A stretch of DNA of 64,000 nt from Phycisphaerae bacterium (GTDB lineage Bacteria; Planctomycetota; Phycisphaerae; UBA1845; Fen-1342). The notes beneath the pieces are model-generated. The model was given only the letters and a program-made list of their open reading frames with translations, was not told where the DNA came from and did no database searches. The translations under genes and the position numbers were made by a program. The stretch spans positions 128,001 to 192,000 of the forward strand of contig CAXXWX010000006.1 in the NCBI GenBank assembly GCA_963675745.2, in the 5' to 3' direction. Positions 22,531 through 31,496 of this stretch are shown here, piece after piece (within the stretch, counting starts at the first letter, position 1; every line of letters begins with the position of its first letter).

Positions 22531-23248
22531 CGATGAGAGTTCCCAGCGACTCGCCGGCGACAATACGCTGCATGGTGTGCGGCTTGAAGAGGTTGAACAC
22601 GATCACCGGCAGGTTGTGCTGCTGGCAGATGTCGATGGCGCTGAGGTCCATCACTTTGAGGCGGCCGTCAATCACCTGGTCGTAGCTCATGTGTTCATAG
22701 AGCGTGGCCCGCGGATTGGTTTCGGGATCGTCGTCATAAACGCCGTCGACCTTGGTGGCCTTCAGCACGAGTTGTGCGTTCAGTTCGGCGGCGCGCAGGG
22801 CGGCGCAGGTGTCAGTGGTGACATGCGGGTTGCCGGTACCGCCGGCGAGGACCACGACACGCTTCTTGTCCAAATGCCGCAGGCAGCGCAATCGGTCAAA
22901 AGGCTCGCACGCGCGGTCGATGCGAATGGCGCTCTGCACGCGCGTCGGCTGGCCGAGGCGCACCAGCGCCTCCTGGAGCGCGAGCGCATTCATCACCGTT
23001 CCGAGCATGCCCATGTAATCCGCCGCCGCGGCCGGGATATCTAGCTCCTCTCGGAAGCGCGCTCCGCGCAGCATGTTTCCGCCGCCGACCACGACCGCGA
23101 CCTGGGCGTCAAGCTCGCAGACGGCTTTGATCTCGCCAGCGGTGCGATCCAGCGGCGCGCGATGTATGCCGAATCCGCCCGGCGGGCAGAAACCCTCGCC
23201 ACTGACCTTGACTATCACCCGCTGATACCGCGGTTGTGCTCGGCTCAT
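22520..23248 (-). CDS. pyrH: UMP kinase
   Basis: VKVSGE, VVGGGN, ADYMGMLGTVMNAL, GTGNP..TTDT, KATKVDGVY, VMDLSA. Confidence 0.96.
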   Translation of the reverse strand: MSRAQPRYQRVIVKVSGEGFCPPGGFGIHRAPLDRTAGEIKAVCELDAQVAVVVGGGNMLRGARFREELDIPAAAADYMGMLGTVMNALALQEALVRLGQPTRVQSAIRIDRACEPFDRLRCLRHLDKKRVVVLAGGTGNPHVTTDTCAALRAAELNAQLVLKATKVDGVYDDDPETNPRATLYEHMSYDQVIDGRLKVMDLSAIDICQQHNLPVIVFNLFKPHTMQRIVAGESLGTLIDAG

Positions 23249-23506
23249 GGTTGTCCTCACGCATGTCTCGAAACAACACAATTGTGCTCGTGCCCGGCCG
23301 TCGCAACGCGCGCTCACGATTGAAGCCCGCGGCGCTACATCTGGAGTTCGGAATGCGCTGCCAACGACCGCACCGGCGTGATCATATCGCCCGCTCCGCC
23401 CGTCCGCCACGGCGCGAATCCGGCGCCCGCGGCTGGCAAGCCGCACACGCCGACAGCATAATGCGTGCTGGAAACCAAACACGGCGGCACGGGCGCAAGC
23501 ACTCTG

Positions 23507-24592
23507 ATGTCCAGGCGAAAACGAGGCAGCAAGACCAAGACCCACACGTACCGCAGCGCGGGTGTAAGCCTACAGGCTGCCGACCAGGCTGTGTCGCTGA
23601 TCGCTCCGCTGGTACGGCGTACATATGGGCCGCGCGTGCTGCCGTCACACGGGGGTTTCGCCGGCGCGTTCCGACTCGATTTCGACGAGCGCCTGTTCGC
23701 CCACAATTACCGGGAGCCGGTGCTGGTGGGGTGTACGGATGGCGTCGGCAGCAAGCTGATGGTTGCGATCGAGGCCGGCAGGTATGAGACAATTGGCATC
23801 GACCTCGTGGCGATGAATGTCAACGATTTGTTGTGCCGCGGGGCCGAGCCGCTTTTCTTCCTCGACTACATCGCGGTACACAAGCTGCGCCCCAAACGCG
23901 TGATGGAAATCGTCGCCGGGGTCGTTGCCGGCTGCGAGCAGGCTGACTGTGCCCTGCTTGGCGGTGAAACCGCCGAAATGCCGTCCCTGTATCGCGCCGG
24001 GCAATTCGACGTGGCCGGTTTCGCGGTCGGTGTCGTCGAGCGCAAGCGGCTCATCGATCCGCGGCATGTCAGGTGTGGTGATATCGCGATTGGTGTGCTC
24101 TCAAGTGGGTTGCACTCAAACGGCTTCGCGCTTGCGCGCCAGACGCTGCTGAAAGAGGCGCGGCTACCGCTGATGACGCACCATCGCACTCTCGGTGAGC
24201 CGCTGGTGGATGCCCTGCTTCGCCCGACACGTATCTACGTGGCGCCGGTGCTGAGTGTCTTGCGCGGATATCGCCGCGTGCGCGCCGTGACGGCGATGGC
24301 GAACATCACCGGGGGTGGATTGCCGGGTAATCTGCCGCGCGTGCTGCCCGACGCCTGTGATCTCGTAATCGATCGCGGGAGTTGGCCGATTCCCCCGATT
24401 TTCGCGTTGCTTCAGCGGTATGATATTGCCGAAGAAGAAATGTACCGGGTTTTTAACATGGGGGTCGGTTTTGTGCTGATTGTGCGCCCGCGCTCGGTGA
24501 CGCCGGTGCTGAAAACGCTGGCACGAGCCAAGGCGCCGGCATGCGTGATCGGTCGAGTGCGGCGTGGGCAGGGCCGCGTGGAGTTCCGGTGA
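23507..24592 (+). CDS. purM: Phosphoribosylformylglycinamidine cyclo-ligase (AIR synthase)
   Basis: TDGVGSK, DLVAMNVND, LFFLDY, GGETAEMP, SSGLHSNG, ITGGG, FNMGVG. Confidence 0.96.
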   Translation: MSRRKRGSKTKTHTYRSAGVSLQAADQAVSLIAPLVRRTYGPRVLPSHGGFAGAFRLDFDERLFAHNYREPVLVGCTDGVGSKLMVAIEAGRYETIGIDLVAMNVNDLLCRGAEPLFFLDYIAVHKLRPKRVMEIVAGVVAGCEQADCALLGGETAEMPSLYRAGQFDVAGFAVGVVERKRLIDPRHVRCGDIAIGVLSSGLHSNGFALARQTLLKEARLPLMTHHRTLGEPLVDALLRPTRIYVAPVLSVLRGYRRVRAVTAMANITGGGLPGNLPRVLPDACDLVIDRGSWPIPPIFALLQRYDIAEEEMYRVFNMGVGFVLIVRPRSVTPVLKTLARAKAPACVIGRVRRGQGRVEFR

Positions 24593-24600
24593 TAGGTGTC

Positions 24601-25569
24601 ATGCGAAAGGTGAGCGGCTTCGGCGTGGCGCTGGCGGCCGCGTGCGGCTGTGGCGTGTGGTGTGGTTGTGCCGCGAGCGGCTCCGGAGTGCCGATCACGT
24701 TCGAGCAGGAGGAGTGGTACTACGCCGGCCACGAGGGATACAAGCTCACCACCGAACACTATGAGATTCACACGACCATTACGGATGACAATCTGGTAAA
24801 CACGTTTCCGCGGCTGGTGGAGACGGCGTTTGCGCAATACACCTCGCTGGCCCCGCCAGCGGTGCCAACGCAGGCAAGAATGCCGATGTACCTGTTTGCC
24901 ACGCGCGGGCAGTGGGCCGATTTCACCAAACGCACGTTTCCGCCCCAGCGCGCCAAAGCGCTGCTCCGCATTCGTAACGGCGGCTATTCGGAAAAGGGAC
25001 TGTCGGCCACGCAATACGTCACACACGCCACAACTTTCCCATTGCTGGCTCACGAGGGCTTTCATCAGTATCTCCACGTGTACGTGGGGCAGCGTGTGCC
25101 GGCATGGCTCAACGAGGGCCTGGCGGTCTGTTGCGAGGGCCAACGCTGGCGCGGTAACCAGAACGTCGACTTTGAACCCTGGAACAACCCGCTGCGGCGC
25201 AACAAGCTTGCGGAACGGCTGATCCAGGGCCGGACCGTCGCGCTGCGCGAGCTACTGCGAACGCATCCCGGCCTGGTCATCTCGGGGCCGCCCAGCAAGG
25301 TGGCGGCGTATTACAGCCAGGTGTGGGCGCTCATCTGGTTCTTGAAGGAAGGGCAGGATGGCAAGTACGCGGAAGGGCTCGATCGCCTGATCGCCGCCCT
25401 TTCCGACCCGGATGTCGAGCGCTACGCCAAGGCCGCGTTTATCAGCGCCGAAGCGGACGAGTATCACTATGGTGAATACCTGTTTCGCCACTTCATCAGT
25501 GACGATCTGAATACGATTGAACGAGAATATGTGGCGTTTATGCGAGAGCGCGTGCTGGGCGAGCGCTGA
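24601..25569 (+). CDS. Secreted/lipoprotein with HExxH zincin motif (DUF1570-like)
   Basis: Cys-containing signal peptide, AHEGFHQY..PAWLNEGLA, YSQVWALIWFL. Confidence 0.75.
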   Translation: MRKVSGFGVALAAACGCGVWCGCAASGSGVPITFEQEEWYYAGHEGYKLTTEHYEIHTTITDDNLVNTFPRLVETAFAQYTSLAPPAVPTQARMPMYLFATRGQWADFTKRTFPPQRAKALLRIRNGGYSEKGLSATQYVTHATTFPLLAHEGFHQYLHVYVGQRVPAWLNEGLAVCCEGQRWRGNQNVDFEPWNNPLRRNKLAERLIQGRTVALRELLRTHPGLVISGPPSKVAAYYSQVWALIWFLKEGQDGKYAEGLDRLIAALSDPDVERYAKAAFISAEADEYHYGEYLFRHFISDDLNTIEREYVAFMRERVLGER

Positions 25570-25592
25570 GCACGACAGTGAGGACTGTTGTC

Positions 25593-25943
25593 ATGTCAGA
25601 TGAGAAACCCGCGGAAATCCAATTCGACGACTTTACCAAGCTTGATCTGCGCGTAGCGACAATCAAGCACGCCGAGCCGCACCCCAATGCCGACAAGCTC
25701 CTGGTGCTGCAGCTCGACATCGGCGCCGACGAGCAGCGGCAGGTCATCGCCGGGATTCGCGGGCACTACGAGCCAGAAGAACTTGTCGGCCGACAGATCG
25801 TCATCGTGGCCAATCTGGCGCCGCGCATGATGCGCGGACTGGAGAGCCAGGGCATGCTGCTGGCGGCGGTGAGTGAAGATCACTCGGCTGTGATTCTCAT
25901 CAGTCCCGAGAAGCCCATCGCCCCGGGCGTCAGCGTAAGCTAG
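25593..25943 (+). CDS. Stand-alone tRNA-binding domain (MetRS C-terminal/Trbp111/CsaA-like)
   Basis: FDDFTKLDLRVA, HPNADKL, RQVIAGI, NLAPRMMRGLESQGMLLA. Confidence 0.9.
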   Translation: MSDEKPAEIQFDDFTKLDLRVATIKHAEPHPNADKLLVLQLDIGADEQRQVIAGIRGHYEPEELVGRQIVIVANLAPRMMRGLESQGMLLAAVSEDHSAVILISPEKPIAPGVSVS

Positions 25944-26089
25944 AACAGGCTTCATCCAAGGCGGCCCGCACTTCGAGGCGGCGGCCGTCGCACGGCTGAG
26001 ACAGCTCGGCTCCCTCGGCCGCCACGCTGTTTGTCGGGGGGTGGCATCGGCATACACAGCGTGGCTATTCAATCACGAGGATCGTCCCC

Positions 26090-27355
26090 ATGATCAGCGA
26101 AGCCGGCATGCCAAACCCGCAACGCCTGCTGGTTGACGACATCGGGCGGCTCATCATCGTGCCGCCAGGCCCACTTGCCGGACCGGCAATGCGGAGCGGC
26201 GGCACGCTCGAAAACGCCGCGCTGCTGGCCGAGGCCGGCAAGATTCGCTGGTTTGGCCCGGCACACGATGCGCCACAGGTAGAACCGTCACAACGAATTT
26301 CGGCTGACGGCGGGACGGTCATTCCCGGCCTGATTGATCCGCACACTCACATCCCGTTCGCCGGCGACCGCAGCGATGAATTCGCCCGGCGATTGGCCGG
26401 AGAGTCATACCTCTCCATCATGCAGGCCGGCGGCGGAATCCGCGCCACAACCCGCGCCGTCCGCGCGGCCACTGAGGAGCAACTGGTTGCGGAGAACCTG
26501 CCGCGCTTGCAGCGCATGCTGGCCGGGGGCGTCACCACGGTCGAGTGCAAAAGCGGGTATGGACTGGCGCCCGACCACGAGTTGAAGCAACTCCGAGCTT
26601 TGCGCGCGCTCGACGCACAGCAGCCGATCGACATCATCCCCACCTATCTTGGCGCGCACGCCTTGCCCGCGGAGTTCGAAGGCCGGGCCGACGAATACAT
26701 CGAGACTATCAGCGATCCCGCACTGCTGAAGGAAATCGCCGACAGCAATCTGGCCCGCTTCTGCGACGCATTCTGTGATGCGGGAGCATTTGACACGGCT
26801 CAGGCGCGACGCGTGCTCGAGCGTGCCGCCGCCGCGGGCCTGAAGCCCAGGCTGCACGCCGACGAGCTGGCCCAGATTGGTGCCACCCGGCTGGCCGGCG
26901 CGCTTGGGGCCGTCTCCGCCGATCACCTTGAGCACATTGACGACGAGGGGATTGCGGCGCTCAAAGCGGCGGGCACGGTCGCGGTCGTTCTGCCCGGCAC
27001 ATCGTTCTTCCTGGGCATCGACCACTGCGACGCGCGTCGCTTGATCGAGTCGGGCCTGGCTGTGGCCCTGGCGACGGATTTCAATCCCGGGTCGTCGATG
27101 ATTGAGTCTCTGCCGCTGATTATGGATATCGCCTGTTGCCAACTCCGCCTGACGCCCCGCGAGGTGCTCGGCGCGGTGACCGCGAATGCGGCGGCCGCAC
27201 TCAACCTGCACGGGCACACCGGCGCGATCGAGGTCGGCTACGACGCTGATCTGGTCATTATGGATGTGCCCACGCTCGAAGCCCGTTTTTACACGCCGGG
27301 GCGCTCATATGTGCGCCGAGTTATCAAGCGCGGAGAAGTCGTCTTCGACGCGTAG
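26090..27355 (+). CDS. hutI: Imidazolonepropionase
   Basis: PGLIDPHTH, GGGIRAT, ECKSGYGL, LHADEL, SADHLE, LATDFNPGSS. Confidence 0.95.
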   Translation: MISEAGMPNPQRLLVDDIGRLIIVPPGPLAGPAMRSGGTLENAALLAEAGKIRWFGPAHDAPQVEPSQRISADGGTVIPGLIDPHTHIPFAGDRSDEFARRLAGESYLSIMQAGGGIRATTRAVRAATEEQLVAENLPRLQRMLAGGVTTVECKSGYGLAPDHELKQLRALRALDAQQPIDIIPTYLGAHALPAEFEGRADEYIETISDPALLKEIADSNLARFCDAFCDAGAFDTAQARRVLERAAAAGLKPRLHADELAQIGATRLAGALGAVSADHLEHIDDEGIAALKAAGTVAVVLPGTSFFLGIDHCDARRLIESGLAVALATDFNPGSSMIESLPLIMDIACCQLRLTPREVLGAVTANAAAALNLHGHTGAIEVGYDADLVIMDVPTLEARFYTPGRSYVRRVIKRGEVVFDA

Positions 27356-27428
27356 CGGCCGCTGCGTGTGCCGGAAACCGCCGCGCGTTGCCTGGTCCGC
27401 GACGCAATCGGTGGATCGTAGTCAGGCC

Positions 27429-27610
27429 GTCCCGCAGGGACGCAATGAACTTAGCCCAGTACGAAGTACTGGGGCAATCGTAGCCACGTGAAGACCCAGT
27501 CCCACCGGGACGGCTGAGCTTTCAGTCGTCCCTGCGGGACTCGGCGGCAACGTACGCGATCCAAACCCAGCACTGCGTGCTGGGCTATATTCAGATGCCC
27601 CTGCGGGGCA
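27429..27610. repeat. ~180-bp imperfect palindrome of nested hairpins (REPIN-like element, family A)
   Basis: GTCCCGCAGGGAC..TAGCCCAGTACGAAGTACTGGG..GTCCCACCGGGACGGCTGA mirrored by TCAGTCGTCCCTGCGGGAC..CCCAGCACTGCGTGCTGGGCTA..GCCCCTGCGGGGC. Confidence 0.75.
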
Positions 27611-27762
27611 GATGACTCGGAAACCGCGCGCTGAATGCCCACTGCAAGTGTCACGGACGCCGCGTTGCCTGACACAGCGCCCGGGTACCTCTTTCATCGC
27701 TCACTCGCTATGATCAGGGGTGGTCAGCGATTGATGGGGCGTGAGGCTACGGACAACGGAAA

Positions 27763-28905
27763 ATGCTGTATCAACTACCGCTATCAGCAGAGTATCAGCA
27801 ACTCAGCGACGACGATCTGCGCGCCGGCATCCGGGAGTTCAAAGACCGGCTCGGCGACCGCTTGGTCATTCTCGGCCACCATTACCAGCAACAGGACGTA
27901 ATCGAACTGGCCGATCTGCGCGGCGACAGTCTCAAGCTCTCACAACTGGCCGCCGAGCAGACCCAGGCGGAGTACATCGTCTTCTGCGGCGTGCATTTCA
28001 TGGCCGAATCGGCCGACATTCTTTCGAGCGACCGGCAGGTCGTGATTCTGCCAGATCTATCCGCGGGTTGCAGCATGGCGGATATGGCGGACATCGACGA
28101 CGTCGAAGACGCGTGGGGGTTCCTGGAACGCGCTGCGGATGGTATGCCGATCACGCCGATCACATATGTCAATTCATCGGCGGCGGTCAAGGCATTTGTC
28201 GGTCGCCATGATGGCGCGTGTTGCACGAGCTCAAACGCGCGCATGGTGCTGGAATGGGGCCTGCACGGGGCGACGGCGGATGGTGATGCGCGCGCGGGTC
28301 ACAAAATCCTCTTCGCCCCGGATCAGCATCTGGGCCGCAACACCGCATACGCGCTCGGGTGGCCGCTCGAAAGCATGGTTGTGTATGATCCTGAGCTGCC
28401 CGACGGCGGGCTGACCGCCGAGCAGGTCCACAAAGCACGCTTCATCCTGTGGAAAGGACATTGCTCCGTACACGGCCTCTTCAACGTGCAGCAGATCGAG
28501 AGCGTGCGCGCCGGCGACGACGCGGCCACGATCATCGTGCATCCGGAGTGCTGCTGGGAGGTCTGTCAGGCGGCGGACATGGTCGGGAGCACCGAGTACA
28601 TCATCAACGCCGTCAGTCGGGCGCCCGCTGGCTCGCGCTGGGCGGTGGGCACTGAGAATCACCTGGTCCAGCGGCTGGCCCTGGAGCACGCGGATAAGCA
28701 GGTGCGTTCCCTGGCGAGCATTCAGTGCCTGTGTACCACGATGTACCGCATCGATCTACGGCATCTTTATTGGTGCCTGGATCAACTGACGCGCGGGGAT
28801 GTTGTTAATCGGGTCGTCGTTGATGAGGACACGAAGCGCTGGGCAAAAGCCGCCCTTGACCGCATGTTGGCTTTGCGCCCCGCACAACCCGTGTCGGCCA
28901 AGTAG
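27763..28905 (+). CDS. nadA: Quinolinate synthase
   Basis: LGHHYQ, GDSLKL, FCGVHFMAE, AGCSMADMA, YVNSSA, PDQHLGRN, HPEC, GST. Confidence 0.96.
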   Translation: MLYQLPLSAEYQQLSDDDLRAGIREFKDRLGDRLVILGHHYQQQDVIELADLRGDSLKLSQLAAEQTQAEYIVFCGVHFMAESADILSSDRQVVILPDLSAGCSMADMADIDDVEDAWGFLERAADGMPITPITYVNSSAAVKAFVGRHDGACCTSSNARMVLEWGLHGATADGDARAGHKILFAPDQHLGRNTAYALGWPLESMVVYDPELPDGGLTAEQVHKARFILWKGHCSVHGLFNVQQIESVRAGDDAATIIVHPECCWEVCQAADMVGSTEYIINAVSRAPAGSRWAVGTENHLVQRLALEHADKQVRSLASIQCLCTTMYRIDLRHLYWCLDQLTRGDVVNRVVVDEDTKRWAKAALDRMLALRPAQPVSAK

Positions 28906-28944
28906 CCCACGCCGGTTGCGACAAAACATCGATACGTCTGACGG

Positions 28945-31494
28945 CTATGGTCCAGCGGTGCGGTGCCTTGCGCGCCAGGCCATGTCATGGAAGTGCAGGA
29001 AGCTCTCGCGCGCCTGTGGGCCGTGACATTCGGAGCACACGTTCGGCGTGGCGAAGTGGCGCAACTGGAGTCGCAGCGCGCCCTGCTCGGCTTCGGTGAG
29101 CGTCTCGTCGTCCTCGACGCGCTGCAACAGATCCAGCCGACCGTGCGATAGATGACAAGTCCGGCACGCGACACGGCCTTGACGATCCACGCGCCCGTCA
29201 GCGCCGAACAGCGGCAGATAGCCGGGAGCGTTCGGATCAATGACGTTCATCATCAGCACGTCCGGGTGGGTGGCGATATCTCGGACCGGTGCCGGCCCCT
29301 CGGGGTGGTGGCAGGCCAGACACGGCACGCAACTCACCTCCACGCCGCCGACCACCCGCTCGCAGCGCTCCATCAGGAACCGCGGTGACAGCACCTCGCC
29401 CCATACCGAGTCGGGGTAGGCGTGCATCGCGTGGCAGGGTTTGCACGAATCGACTTCGAACCCGAATCGTCGGAGGCTGATCGCCGAGTGCCCGGTGTGG
29501 CGAACGAGCGTCTTTTCCTTGTGACAGTGCAGGCACAATTGCTCGGCGGGTTCGTCAATGTCAACGCGCGCCAGATTGCGCGGTTCCGGTCCGCCGTGCG
29601 GATTGTGGCAGGTCTGGCAGCCGAGCTGCTTGTTGCCCTGTTCGTCGGATGGAATCAGGGTGACGTCAACGTGCGTGTGTTCGATGGAGACCTGTCGGGG
29701 ATGCACAGCCGCGATGGTGGTTGACGCGTTCCAGGCCGCGTCGGCGTGGCACGCCAGGCATGCGCCATCATGCGGATTGGGCGCGTTCGCATCACGCTTG
29801 CGCAGCAGATCGGGCTGCTCGCCCCCGTGAGCCGTGTGGCACGTCAGGCAAAGGCCGCGCGGTTCCGCGTCCGCGGAACGCCAGGGCTCTTCATCATGGC
29901 TGGCATCGTGCGGGCCGCCGGCGACCAGCGCCTGATCGGCGTGGCACGCGATGCACGTCTCCGCCTGGGGCTTGGCCAGGTAGTCGCCGAAGCGCTGCTC
30001 ATGCGGATCGTGGCACTCCGCGCAGGTCGTGTCGGGGTGCAACGGCGCACCGGCGAGCAGCGTCTGGCCACAGCTCCCGTCCTGATGGCAGGTGGTACAG
30101 CGTCCGGATTCATCTCCCGGTGCGGGAACCGCGGCGCGGGCGAATCCATGGCCGGCGTGGCAGGCACTGCACGGCCCGCCGACGAGCGGCGTCTGATCGG
30201 CCAGATTCCGTTCGCCCGGGAAATTGGTGCGCAGATCGTGCGTGGTGCCGACCACCGCCGTCTGGGACTCGTGGCAGGTGCTGCACGCCGCGTTGCCTTC
30301 GGGCCGGAACGCCAGCAAATGCGCGTTGCGCTCCGCACCGTGAACGCGGTGGCACGAGACACACAGCAACTCGCCGCCCGGCCCGCTGGTTGTATTCCAA
30401 TCGCTGACCGCCTGGAGTTGCACGTCATTCAGCGCCGGCTGCTGCGCGTGTTTGTGCAGCAGACCTTGCGGGTGCTGCTGGGCGAGCTCGTCACGGTGAC
30501 AGGTAAGGCACGCATCGTTGGACTGTGTGTCAAGTGTCAACAACGGGCCGTATCCCGCCGTGTGCGTCGAATGGCAGACCAGGCAGGTGAGCTCGTTGGG
30601 CTGCGTAATGACGGCGCCGGCGCTGACAAACTCCTCGGGAACCGGCCGGTCCATCGGGCCCACCGGGTGCATGCCGGCCGCGGGCCCGTCGCCGAATTGT
30701 TCGTGGCACGACACGCATAACTGCGACGGTGCGGCCTTGAGGAATTCGCCATGGGACATGTCGTGGGGATCGTGGCACTCGGCGCAGCGCGACTCGGGAT
30801 GGTCCATGGACATGCGCGGGTGATTAGCCGCGCAGCGGTACATCTGGTGGCAGGTGATGCAGCGGCCATCGGGATCGAGCGGGCATGGCTCGAACTCGCG
30901 CGCGTAGCGATGGGCGAGATGGCATGCGCTGCAAGGCCCCCCCTCGAGCGCCGTCTGGCCCAGGCGGTTCTGCTCGTGCGGCGCCGAGACGCGCAAGTCG
31001 TGGGGCGTATCCTGGGCGTAATGGCCGGGATGGCAACGGCTGCAAAATGCCCCGTCGGCCAGCGTGTCGGCCAGCATGTGCGAGCCGGCTTCGTCATTGC
31101 CGAGCTTGTGGCACGACATGCAGATCAGCGTGCCGCCCGGCCCGGCGACGGTGCCCATCGCGCGGACCGCCTCTAACTGGTCTTCGCTGAGCGGGACGTT
31201 CTGCGAGTGTCCCTGTTCGACGTCGCGGCCGGCCATCGCCGGCGCCACCTGCCGATGGCACGCCAGGCAATACAGCGAGCTGTCGGGGCTCGCCCAGTTG
31301 ACAGCCTCCATTGTGTGTGGCAGTTCGACCGGGCGCGGCTTCGAAAACGCCCTGATCTGCGGCACAGCCGCATACACAATCGCCGTCAGGCCGCCCAGCA
31401 CGAGAATGACGTGTACCACGTTGATCAGCGGATTCAACGCGCGCATCACACCCGCCGGTCGTGGTGGCGATGCCATGGGCTTCTCATCTCGCAT
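28945..31494 (-). CDS. Membrane-anchored multiheme cytochrome c (23 CxxCH motifs by manual count)
   Basis: N-terminal TM helix, 23 CxxCH motifs (many CxxCHxxH), internal duplication. Start trimmed to ATG 31494, just after the upstream stop. Confidence 0.92.
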   Translation of the reverse strand: MRDEKPMASPPRPAGVMRALNPLINVVHVILVLGGLTAIVYAAVPQIRAFSKPRPVELPHTMEAVNWASPDSSLYCLACHRQVAPAMAGRDVEQGHSQNVPLSEDQLEAVRAMGTVAGPGGTLICMSCHKLGNDEAGSHMLADTLADGAFCSRCHPGHYAQDTPHDLRVSAPHEQNRLGQTALEGGPCSACHLAHRYAREFEPCPLDPDGRCITCHQMYRCAANHPRMSMDHPESRCAECHDPHDMSHGEFLKAAPSQLCVSCHEQFGDGPAAGMHPVGPMDRPVPEEFVSAGAVITQPNELTCLVCHSTHTAGYGPLLTLDTQSNDACLTCHRDELAQQHPQGLLHKHAQQPALNDVQLQAVSDWNTTSGPGGELLCVSCHRVHGAERNAHLLAFRPEGNAACSTCHESQTAVVGTTHDLRTNFPGERNLADQTPLVGGPCSACHAGHGFARAAVPAPGDESGRCTTCHQDGSCGQTLLAGAPLHPDTTCAECHDPHEQRFGDYLAKPQAETCIACHADQALVAGGPHDASHDEEPWRSADAEPRGLCLTCHTAHGGEQPDLLRKRDANAPNPHDGACLACHADAAWNASTTIAAVHPRQVSIEHTHVDVTLIPSDEQGNKQLGCQTCHNPHGGPEPRNLARVDIDEPAEQLCLHCHKEKTLVRHTGHSAISLRRFGFEVDSCKPCHAMHAYPDSVWGEVLSPRFLMERCERVVGGVEVSCVPCLACHHPEGPAPVRDIATHPDVLMMNVIDPNAPGYLPLFGADGRVDRQGRVACRTCHLSHGRLDLLQRVEDDETLTEAEQGALRLQLRHFATPNVCSECHGPQARESFLHFHDMAWRARHRTAGP

Positions 31495-31496
31495 GG

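Noticed and set aside
22520..23545. Long N-terminal extensions in the ORF track (pyrH, sucA, sucB, the 23-heme cytochrome, the PAP phosphatase)
   Set aside because: They are artefacts of taking the first possible start codon. Family-like sequence and SD motifs begin downstream.
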